Origin: Podarcis cretensis
Lineage: Eukaryota
Assembly: GCA_951804945.1 (NCBI GenBank)
Contig: OX638159.1
Location: forward strand, 22,754,001-22,818,000
Direction: 5' to 3'
Length of the DNA stretch: 64,000 nucleotides
Positions 36,801-48,800 of the stretch are shown in pieces (the first letter of the stretch is position 1; every line of letters starts with the position of its first letter). The translations under genes were made by a program, and so were the position numbers. Below the pieces are notes generated by a model. The model was not told the origin of the DNA. It was given only the letters and a program-made list of their open reading frames with translations, and ran no database searches.

Positions 36801-39800
36801 TAAGATTACCTGCCCTTCACCGTGAGACTACATAACAACGTTACATAACAACGGGCTGCATAACAACGTATAAAAACATAAAACAGATGAAAATCAGAAC
36901 AATTTTAAAGCATATAGAACAGATGGAAAATTGGAGCAGAGCACTATAAATTCAGCAGAGGAGGTGGCTCACAAAAAATAACTGTCAAAAGCCAAGGTAA
37001 AGAGAGGAGTCTTCAGTATGTGTCACAGGGAAGGGCTTGGGGCCAATCTGGGTCTAGGAGCCCTAATGCATTATGGGGGAATGTTATCACAGGGGAATTT
37101 GCCTACCCCTCCTGCCTTCCTTCACCCCAGGCCAACTACAGTTCTTACAGTCTTCCTTCTTCGCCAGTTATGTTGCTGCAAAGTTTCTTCCCTTGCAAGA
37201 TTAAAGTAGCAACAGAGTGGAATTAAAGGAAAACCAAGCAAAAGCGACATGGGCTATAGTGGGCAGATTTGCCCATCATAACCAGAGGTCTCATCTCTCA
37301 CACAGCTTGCTTGAAATTGCTTGTTCTACAAAGAACTCAGATTCGAAGCCATAACATGAAAAAACACTTCATGCTGGTTTTCAAGTAAAAGCTTTAAACA
37401 CAGTGACATACTTGGATTTTTGTCTTGGTCCATGCCTTGGTCGTGTGCTTCCTGCCATTCCCAACACGTTTCACAGTAAGCTCGGATTTGTTCTAGAAGA
37501 TGAAGGACTCTGATTTCTCGCCTGCCTCGCTTATCGTCAGGCTGCGAGTGAATGATATTATGCAGTGCTGCGCTGGCTCTGGCACGGGCCTCCTTACTAC
37601 CCCGGGAGTTTCCCAACAACACTGAGTCTTTATCGTTGCCATGCAGAAGTTGAATGAGGAGCGGAAGACATCCAGACTGGCGCATAGCTATGCAGCTGTC
37701 CTGGGAGCTAGACATGGCTAGCAAAGTTCGTGACATGTCATCTTTATCATGAGTACCCAACATGGACAGCAATGAATACACCATTTCAACCTGCAAAACA
37801 AGCAATTTTTAAAAAATGTTACCATTTTTTAAAGTATAAGCCATGGCATATGCCACCAGGAGAATTTTTGATGAACTGGTGATAAATTAAGCCTTTGGGC
37901 CTAAGTTAACAACTCTCAACATTACAGATTCTGTATTGCACTATTCTTAGGCAGATAAAATAATGCTGACATAGTGGTACAAACTGTATCACCAAAATTA
38001 GTGGAGGATTCACTATGTGTTACTCTTGTCTGTAAACAAGACAGGGCACTCATAAACAACTATGCATTTTCAGAAAAGCTTAATGACACCCTCCTCATAT
38101 TGTTAATGTAGCAGCAATCTATTGCCACATCATGAAATACTAGTAATAGCATTGTGGCAGCTGCTTTGATTCTCCCATTCTATAATGCTGAAGAAATTAC
38201 TAAAGATTGACAGACTTGTTAGATTTTGTACATGACAAGGTCATCTGACACACTCAATGCGTCAGTATATACTGGGCAGCTGAAACCATCTCAAGGGCCA
38301 CAATAATATTTCAAAAGCAGCATGAGACTTTCCCTGCAAAATGACTGCCCAGTTGGACAGAAAAAGATCAGCTAATTGGAGGTTGCCAGACAGGTTTGAA
38401 AGGGAACATCAATCAATCAATCAATGTAAGTTTATTGTTCAAGTCAAAGGTAAACTTGCAGCAACAATACATCCATAATATGAGCCAACATCTATGATGT
38501 AAGAGAGAGGTTACCAGAGGCACCAACAAACTCAAATTCAGCTTGGTTTCAAATCAAATTTCCATAACACCACAACACTTTATAATTATTTTATCTAACC
38601 CCTTTTTCCTTCAATGGGACTATCAATATTACTACCCTTTCTCAAAAGTAACATATTTTAAGTGTAAAATGTGGCATTAATAGCCTGTGACAAACTTTGG
38701 TTACCTTAGTACCTAGGTGATTTGTCAGTCTTCGAGGAACAGAGTAACTGCTGCTAGAACTCATAACACTTGATGTCTCATGGTCCATGCGAGCAGCTGA
38801 ACCCTAAGAGTTTAATCAACAATTGGCGATGAAAGCATTAGCATAACACAAAATCATTTAAAAATTTCAGCATTTTAGAAGGCAACACGATTTAGAAGAT
38901 AGGGTTAAACTAAGCTGACATGTCAACTCTGTAAAAATCTAATTGTGCCAGAGGAGGGAAAGCTGCATCATGACCTGAGTCACAAAAGCAACAAGCGGTT
39001 AGCCATTTTGCCAGCAATGACAAAAATAGAATCTTTTAAATTATTGTTAACAATGTAACCATACCGTTTACACTGGAGGGTACGAGAATAGGAAGTGCTG
39101 CACTCACAAAGTAACATTTTTTTTGTGAGAAATATTTCATTCCCTTAACCATAGCCCCTGGGCCAACCAACACAATTCTCTCTCACAGCGGTATTCAGCT
39201 CCCAGGTGGCATTTTCAAGCACAATTTCAGCATTACTGCTCTTTTCTCCTTCACTTGCACTACCAACCCCTCTCAATGTTAGGGATGCGCTTAGTCATAC
39301 CAATTGCATTCTCTCTCTCTTTCTCCTCTCCCTTTAGGCAATGAAGTGACTACCCAAATTTCATTTAGGGGTGATCAGTTAAGTGTGACTGTGACATAAT
39401 AGCATTTGCTGGGTTGCTGTCCAGTTAAAGGATGTTTAGTTTATTTACTATTTGGCTTTTAGATGATCAACTAAGTTTAAATTATTGCAAAACTCAATGA
39501 AGGTGCCCTTTTCAAAGTTTCTGTAGTAGGGAGACCATTTCTCCATAAATGTGAGAAGCTTACATTTGTATATAGTATATACATCCTATTTCTACTAATT
39601 TTGAATAGGAATCAACTTAATTTAATCTGGGGGACTCAATACTGAGCACATCAATTAAATGATTAGTAACTTGCATCCCAGTTTTCTTAGGATAGATCAT
39701 GTGGCAAAGGTCATAATATCCTCTTACCATTTAATCAGTACTTCACTCCAGGAAAAGCCACTTGGGTAAGAAATCCCATTAACCTTTCCATGTACAAGCA

Positions 39801-42800
39801 CCCAAAAGATCATTGTGAATACCAAACATTTGGCTATTAGGAGGACAGGACGCAAGGGTGGAAGCTTTTGGCTTCCAAGCAGAATTTCATTATGTTTTTA
39901 TTTATACCCCAGCCAGATGGGTGGGGAATAAATAATAAAATTATTATTATTACTATTATCATCATTATTATCAGAATGAAGGTGTTTCTTGCCTTCCACC
40001 TATGAGATGCAGCAGTTATTAATCACACTGGGATCCTCTAATATTCTTCTTTTGGGGAGACAAGTGGAATGGGGGCTCTTACTAGGGCACTCTAAAACCG
40101 TTTTATGCAAGGTTTCAGCTTGCAGACCTGATCATTATTTGCCCGCCCACCCTAGGACTACTCACTTGTCAATCACCTGATGTCACAACAAAGTGAAACC
40201 ACACAGGGAAATGTAAAATGCCTTTTAAAGTGCACCATAAGACCAGACAATCAGCTAGATGCAGGCTCTTAAGGAGCCCATTGCAAATCACTTGGCAAGA
40301 CCCCATTGTGCAGCCCTTTGCACAGGACTTTCCAGGCCCTGCCAATTAGCTGAGCAGCAGCAGCAGCTGAAGACCTCTTTCAGGAGAGGAAGGTTGTTTA
40401 CCTGCCTTGAACCTGTCATTAGGTATAGGGCTGGTGGGTGTGGCCTGGCTGCAACTGCCTGGCAGGGTTAGGGTTGACCTGACAGGTCTGATTAGGCCCC
40501 CAGGACAGAGGTTCTCCACCCAGATCCAGATCTTACTCTCAACACATAAGCAAGTCAGGCCATGTTTACCTTCCTCTACATTCCTACTGCTGTTTCAAAA
40601 TTAAAAGAAATCCAGAAATGGTGGAAAGGAAGCACATGCAGCCCCTAAAGATCCACTCCACATCCAACTTGAATACAAATAACTCCCTGCTTGCACGCGT
40701 TCAGCACACACACAGTTTTTGGCCCCAGAAGGAGCGGTGGAATGGGCTTACACGTGCCCTGCCAAGGCACATGGTGTTTCAGAACACAACCCCCATGCAA
40801 ACGGGGAGTTGCCTGTACAATGATGGCAGAAGTAATATAAAAGGGTAGTGGGCATAATGATTATAACACACTCATATCTGGGCTTTACACCTCCCCCACC
40901 ACTTCCCAAGGGATTGGGGGTGCATCATGCATTTCTCCAGCCAAGGTAACCAAGCCCAATATTAGGAAACCTGTGTTTATTGTGTTCTTTTTGCCTCAAC
41001 GGTTGCAAGCTTGGCCAGCTGCCTGCATTAGTGAGTATTTTCCAGGAATGAAAGAAAGTTCAGAGCTGAAGTAGCAACAGGGCAACAGATAGTGCAGTTT
41101 GCCACTTTGCTGTTTGGTCCAACAGTATAGAGCTAAAAGTGGGACAGACTTTAATCAGTGGACTTTTTAATTCTGTGCTTGGTCCAAAGGCAATTTGCTC
41201 CTCTCATCCTCCTTCCTGGCAGCCTCCGTGCTCAGAAGCATTCTTTTCATGTTTTCTGCATAAGCACTGCTTATTCCAGGGGAATGGCAAAGCAGTAGCA
41301 TATTTACTCAATTTTTTTTTAAAATTGTGACGGGTAGAATTCAAATCCAAAGACTTCACTGAAATAGCAAGGTTCTTGTCTAATATTTTGGTTTGTAAAT
41401 GACACTTGCTAGTCAAGGCCCTCACAGACTGCATATATATTTAAAAGATTATTTAATAGAAGTGTTTATATTTATGTGGCCCAAGGATGGCGCTCTACAC
41501 ATACAGTTGCTCCAAGGGGCACATGAAAAGCCTTCCCATACAAATATTTCACCATTACTTCAAATATAGGTGGGTCTTCTAGGCTAACAGCAGTTGTTGA
41601 ACTACAATTCCCATCAGTCCCAGTCATGTTAGCCAATGGTCCAAAGATTATGGGAGCTGTCCTTTTTCAGTATCTAGAGGGACACAGGCTGATCAACCCA
41701 GCTACTGGAACATATTAACCCTTTTTTTTAAAAAAAATGTAACAATTCAAGGAAGGACAGAAAAAATATGAAAAAGATACAGTAAAGCTGGTTGTGTAAA
41801 TAAGGGAAAAAATGATTATGAATAAGGCAGTGATTATGAGAGAGCAAGAGAAGAGAGTCTTTACACTAAGCTGTCTTCTGCCACAGAAATAGCTGGAAAA
41901 GCACACAAGCGAAAGCACTGCAGCTGCAATGATGTGTCCATGGAACCTAATACTAAATTCCTTATAATAATCAAACCTGCTTTGGATAAACTATAGAGCT
42001 TAAACATTGGCAATTATGAAGATGACCAATCAATTTGTTCTTCCAGAAATTGTTAGAAAGCCCTGAATTTGACAAAAGACCCAAATTATGCTGAACTGTA
42101 TTTTGCAACCAATCCTACTGAAGACAGAACCAGTGTTAAATATACCCCAAACCTATTAAAATAGTAGCAAACAGGAGTCCTTGGAATGTACCAATCCCCA
42201 TCTCTTATTGGACACTCACTCTACTTCTGCCACAACCCTTTCTGATCCTGCTTGAATATACTCTTATTTTTTTCTCATCAACACAGCTAGTTCTGCTACA
42301 TTCCCATCCTACTGTCTTCAACTCTATTCTCATCTCACGCGGTGCAGTTTTTTATTCTTATTTTAATTTTCTCTCCATTGAAACACATCGCCAAATGGAT
42401 TTTTCTTGTAAAAATGAAGTTCACTTCTATCCTTTAGCTAACTTAGGAGCATCCACATTTCAGCGAATTTCATTTGCTCTCCCTAAATGCAGCAGAGTGC
42501 ATGCAGAACAGTGCAGTCATGCAGAAAGAAAAATACTATGGTAGCCAAATCATCAAGTATAATATTCATTTGACTATCAAAAAAATGTCTGGGCTTGACC
42601 AGGGTATTTCATTTTATTTTATTTTGCCTTCTAGTAATAATATCCTCTGCCACAAGGTAGGTTGACCATAGCTCCAGAAATGAAATACTGGTGCCCAATC
42701 CATTAAGCCTTTCCCCCCTGGCCTTGCATAAAAAGGAGGTAATCCCCCAGATGTCTCATAGCAAGATGGATTGAATGACTCATATCCATAAAGCTAGGGG

Positions 42801-45369
42801 GGTGGGGAAATAAGATTAATACTATAAGCACAATTTTTTATGAGGCAAAGTCAGAATTGTTCTAAAGCACCAGGGTTATTCATACCAAGCTCTCTGGCTA
42901 TTAGACACTTTTCTCATCACCTCCTGAGTTCATCCACATTAAGGTCCCATACAAGGCTATGCTGTATCTTATTTACAAGAACATTTTTTTAATTGGTTTT
43001 AAATCAGAGCAAATCAGGTTTAAACTGTATGTCAGTCTAAATGAATGTTTAAAATATTCCACATGATGAAAACACAACTGGACAACAATCATATTACTAT
43101 ATACATAGCAAAGGAACAGCAGGAAATAATGAAAAATATATCTGCTTCCAATATAAATGATCAATTTGACTGATGATAATTTATTATTCTAGTGGTTTAT
43201 AACACTGCCTTCCACAACCCGCCCCCCCAAATTTATAATCATAAGCTTCTACTTTGAAGCCATAAAAATAATGCAGAATTAGCAGCCATTTTAAAATAGT
43301 ATCAAAGAAAATTCCCTGTATTAATCACATTTTAACTTGAAAACCTGGCTATATCAACATGAATTTGATAGCCATGCAAGGCTCCTTTCCCTTAAATTTA
43401 CACACAATAGCAATCTGACCAAGATTTGTACTTGCTTACAGTGTAGAACATTTAAATTCTATCTATATGGTACATTCCTTTGTAACAGATTAAAGAGCAC
43501 TCATCTCCTCCAGCACAAAGCCTTTTCTGATTTAGTGCACCTGAAGGAATCCATTCGCGCACAATTATACTGCCATAGCAGAATCACTATATCCCACCTC
43601 CCCAAGCACCATATGTTGAAGCATTACTTATAAATAAAATGTTGACTTTACCTGACTACTGCCAGCAGTTGCCACGCTGATTTCTGCTGCTCCTTGACCT
43701 TCATTTTGCCTCTCAGCTTCATGCGAGCCTGCATCGTGCTTGCTTGGAGGTGTCCTCTGTCAATGTAAGAGTTTGCGACATTACGCACAGAAATGGAGTA
43801 TGCTTCCACTTTAAGCTTAAAACTGTGAACACGTCAATGCTGTAGCTTCACGAACCACTGAACTATGCTTTATTTTTCATAACCTCTAGCCTCAATAATT
43901 AGCAGCCGAGAGCGACCGCCTTAGCAAAATTGCAGGATGAAAGTGAAGCATGTCCTCTGAGGATTATAGCTCTAGAAGACAAAGGATTTGCTGTGAGATA
44001 CAAAACACCATCCTCCACCAGCTGTGCTCACATCACTATCAGAAATGTAACAGAATTGGAGCAAACAACTGTCTCCTCTGCAATGTCACATGATCTATGC
44101 ACTTACTGGAGGCTATGACTGGAACAGTTAAAATATTACTTACGCTTCGCAATCAAATAGAAACACCTTCTGGGTGGATAGCCCAAAATACACATAATAC
44201 ACCCGTTTTGTACTATTTGGAAGCTTTCCACAATTTAGTTATAGTATGACACATGTCAGAGCATCCATCTTAACGTGAAAGAAATATAGACAAGTGGTTT
44301 GTCTCCAGACTAATCGTTCTGCAACTCAATGAATAAAATTGGGCAACGTAACAGTGCTTTTTCCTATTAAAAAGGCAAACCAATATATAGAAAATAAAAC
44401 CCAGATTTTTTTCATACCATCTTAAAGGTAATGAAAGTTAAAGGTTGTGAAATTTTATTTTTAAAAGTGACTCAAATGCACAAAGAACACCATACAGAAC
44501 AGGAGATACACCTTTATTCAGTTTTTTACTGTCTGAAGCTTCATTTATACATCCCTTATGAAAAAAAACCCTATAGAACAGTTTTAAAGGAATCACTGGC
44601 CCCACTATAAAAAAAGGTTAGATCCCTATCGCCTACAAACATTGTATGGCCATGTGCATTTCAAGAAGTTCACTGCTGTATTAGACTGTGCGGTTCTATG
44701 GCTGAAGCTAATGGCAATAATTAAATTGAACATGGGGCTATTAGAGAATAAACTGGGACACAAAATAATCTACAGTAATAATCCAGTACAGTGGTACCTC
44801 GGATTAAGAACTTAATTCGTTCTGGAGGTCTGTTCTTAACCTGAAGTGTATGTAACCCAAGGTACCACTGTATGTTCATTCTTTTTCTCCCCCTCCATCC
44901 ATGATAAAAGTCAGAACTCAGGGACCTCCACTGAAGCTAAATGTTGAAAGATTTAGGAGAGACTAAGGAAGTACTTATTCACACAGTACATAGTTAAATT
45001 ATGGAATTCACTTCCACATGCTGTAGTGATGGCTACCAACTTGGATGGTTTTAGTGGAGGGTTAGATGAATTCATGAAGGATAAAGCTGGCCATTGTGGC
45101 TAGTAGTCATGGATATGTTCTCCTTCTGCTACAGGGGCAGCAAGGCCAACAGGGGGATACAAGTGCTTTAAAACAAAGTCAACTGGACAGTTCTGAAGGA
45201 AGTCAGAGCACAAAATGCGTAGGCAGTTCTAATGCTTCAGCACTTGGCAGGCAGCACCACTGCTAAGATTTTGTGAGAGACTCCCAGAGCCTGTGCAAGA
45301 GCTTCCCAGAGCTCGGTAAGCAAGTCTGAGAACTTAAAAGCTCTTTCTGCGCCAAGAAAACCCAGTGTG

Positions 45370-45408
<39 letters not shown>

Positions 45409-45793
45409 ATACTATGTATACTCCGACCATCTGGCTGGGCTTCCACAGCCACTCTGGGTGGCTTCCAAAAAAATATTCAAATACTGTAATACATCAAACA
45501 TTAAAAGCTTCCCAATTGCTTGTGCAATTTCAGCAGGCCGACTATGGAGCATGTAAAGCTGAAATTGCACAAGTTAAATATGCACAAGATGCAAGTTGAC
45601 TGCGTATGTATCTTGGTTTTCTTCCCAGGAGCTCAAGGCTGTGATCACTGTCTTCCCCTTCCCTTTTTTATATTCACAACAGCCCTGTGACGTAGGCCAG
45701 GCTGAGAGTTGGTAGTTCAGATATCCACATACTTAAAAGTATTTTTGGCCGGTTATCATATATAAGGGTTGGCAAAAAAGATTTTCCCATTTG

Positions 45794-45845
<52 letters not shown>

Positions 45846-48800
45846 TTTATACCCCACCCATCTTGTAAACATCAGGCCTATGAAACATTGCAGTTAAAGC
45901 AAGGAAGATTCTTTTCTGGCTTCCTTTACATTACCTTTGAATGACATTACTGAAGAATTTAAGAAAAGCCCTGCTGGACAATGACCCATCTAGCCCAGCA
46001 TCCTCTTCTCACAGTGGCCAATCCCTTTTCTATGAAATGCCTGAAAGTACAATGAAACCCTCCCCGTCCTTTGGGAATACAGCAAACTGTATTCAAGCAA
46101 CTGTGGAGCCAGAGAATAGCCTTATCCTCCATGAATTTGTTTAATTCCCTTTGAAAGCCAGGCAAATTGGTGCCCTTCACTGCCTCCTATGTGAGTGTTT
46201 TACGCAGCTTAACTATGTGCTGTTTGACATATATTTGCATCTTGCTTTTTTATCCAGCAACTTGTACATTTCCCTCCCCTCCCAAACTTTTTAGATTTGC
46301 AACAGCCCTGTGAAATAAGCTAGGCTAGGCTAAGTAAATATAAGTACATATGCAGCAGTTCTTGCCACTGGATTGTGAGACAGGGAGGGGGAGTGTAGGG
46401 GCCCTAATCCACATACAGCAGACAGGTCCAGGAAATCCTGTTGGCATCCCTGGATTATTGCCAGTTGCTGGGAATCACGAGTAGGAAGAGTGCTTTTGCA
46501 GTCACATCCTGCTTACAGACTTTCTACAGGAATCTAGCTGGCAGCTGTCAGAACAGGATGGGCCTTTTGTCTGATCCAGAATGGCCCTTCTTATGCTCTT
46601 ATGTTTTTATTAAATGTGAGCTACGCTTATATTGCATATGACATTACACAGTGATGGAAACACATTTATATAAATTAATCAATTACATTTCAGAGTAAGC
46701 CTTCTCGGCTTTCTCCTGCTCCCCCCTCCCCCACCAAGACATCTGTCAAGCAAGCATGCCTTCCAACGTTAAGAAAGAATCTACTGAAAATAGCAAGCGG
46801 CAGAACTAAGCTGAACACGATTAAAACAACACGAAAAAGCAAAAGGGAGTTGGGAGGGAAACTTTGTATTGGCGGGGGTGGGGGAGTAATCAAACATACA
46901 AAATATGCTAATTAACCAAATAATAAAGAAAAAGCAAGAGATAATCTTTATATAAAAATACCTATCAGCTGCATTAAAGTCATTTTTCAAGCTTAATTAC
47001 TGGGGAGGGGGGAGGGGACAGTGGGTCAAACATAGAAAATATATTTTATGTGTGCATTTCTGTGTTGAGGGAGACCCCTTTTAAAAGTTTTTGGTTAACG
47101 GAATTTGAGAAACACAGTTTGACAAAGACCATCTTACCAGCTTAAAGGGAGGAGGGGAGTCACAGCAGACTAAGAATCTGCTACTAAAGACACGGAAAAG
47201 GTATTCCTACATACCCATGCACAGTCGACACCTAAAAATTAAGGCTGGTAGCAAGAAACAAGAAATAATTTTCCAGCCCAGTTAATCACACAAATCATGT
47301 TGTTGTATCTTGGGATGTGTGGTCAGGGAGATCTAATACAAGTAACACAGGGAATCTTAATTCTCTTAGTGTTTTCCAAGCCAAATTGGCTGTCTAGCAA
47401 CTATCTTAACAAATATTCAAATCACTGAATTCCATTATTTAGTCATCTATAAGTTTCATTTTCAGCAAAATGTAACTATCTTTATAAAGTGCTGCTTTAC
47501 TGAACCCAGCATCTCACCCCTCTCACTTTTTACAGCTAACCAGGATGCAGTATGCAGTATGTCTGACAGGCATGAAGCCAACATAATTAGTTTCAATCGT
47601 CTGCTAAAAGTTTGCAAACTCTTATTTGAAATTAATCATGGTTAGTGCCATAATTTATTTAAAGCACTTATATCCAAAGCAGCTGAAGAAAACATCCTAC
47701 AACGCTGCCACACCAAAAAACCTGTACAGATCTAATAGAAATCTACAACAAAGAAGATCAAAACCACCAAAAACAATAATCAATCATGGGTATAGCATCA
47801 CTAAAATAAAAGCTAAGGGAACAGTCAATTTAAAACAGCCAAGTCTGCGAAATCAGTCCAGTATTGGACAGATGTCTAAAAGGAAAAGTACTGGAGCCTG
47901 AAATGTAAGGGGAAGTGGTGAATGGGAGTGAAAGGAGGAAATCTGGACATGAGATAAGAAGGAAAGAGAAATGAACACATGTAGTACTCCAGATCTTCTA
48001 CCATAGCTTAGAGACTGGGACAGGCAGTATTTCAGTGGTAGAGCATATGCTTTCACGCAAAAACCAAAACCAAACTCATATTGGCTCCCTGATATTGCCA
48101 GATAGGGTGGGAAATGTGTCTGTCGGAAACCTCGCAGAACAATTACCAGGTAACGTAGACAAGGAGTTGGGAACTGGATACAACCTGCTAGCCAGATCCT
48201 GGGTTTCTTCCTAGCAGGCCATTATAACAGATGGGCAGAGCCCTACCCACCTGCCAATCACCTGATATCAAGTGACCAATTTTTCCTTTGTACTGCACTA
48301 TAAAAGTAAATCCAAGCCAAGTGAAGCTTGACTTTACTGTCAATCAGCTGGCAGGCAGTGATTTCAAGCCTGCTTTCTGCAGAGAACAGCTGCTCACTGG
48401 GAACTCTGTTGCACAGTCAATCCAGCAGGCTTGGAGTCACTGCTTATCAGCTCATCACCTGGTCCACTTTGGGAAGGAGTAAAGGTAAAAGGACCCCTGA
48501 CCATTAGGTCCAGTCGTGACCGACTCTGGGGTTGCGGCGCTCATCTTGCTTTATTGGCCGAGGGAGCCAGTGTACAGCATGGCCATGTGGCCAGCATGAC
48601 TAAGCTGCTTCTGGCAAACCAGAGCAGCGCACGGAAACGCCGTTTACCTTCCCGCCAGAGCGGTACCTATTTATCTACTTGCACTTTGACGTGCTTTCGA
48701 ACTGCTAGGTTGGCAGGAGCAGGGACCGAGCAACAGGAGCTCACCCCGTTGTGGGGATTCGAATCACCGACCTTCTGATCAGCAAGTCCTAGGGTTAAAC

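Noticed and set aside
48740-48780. tRNA-like GTTCGAATCC motifs (also at about 60030 and 61510)
   Set aside because: They are the tRNA-derived heads of Sauria SINEs, not tRNA genes
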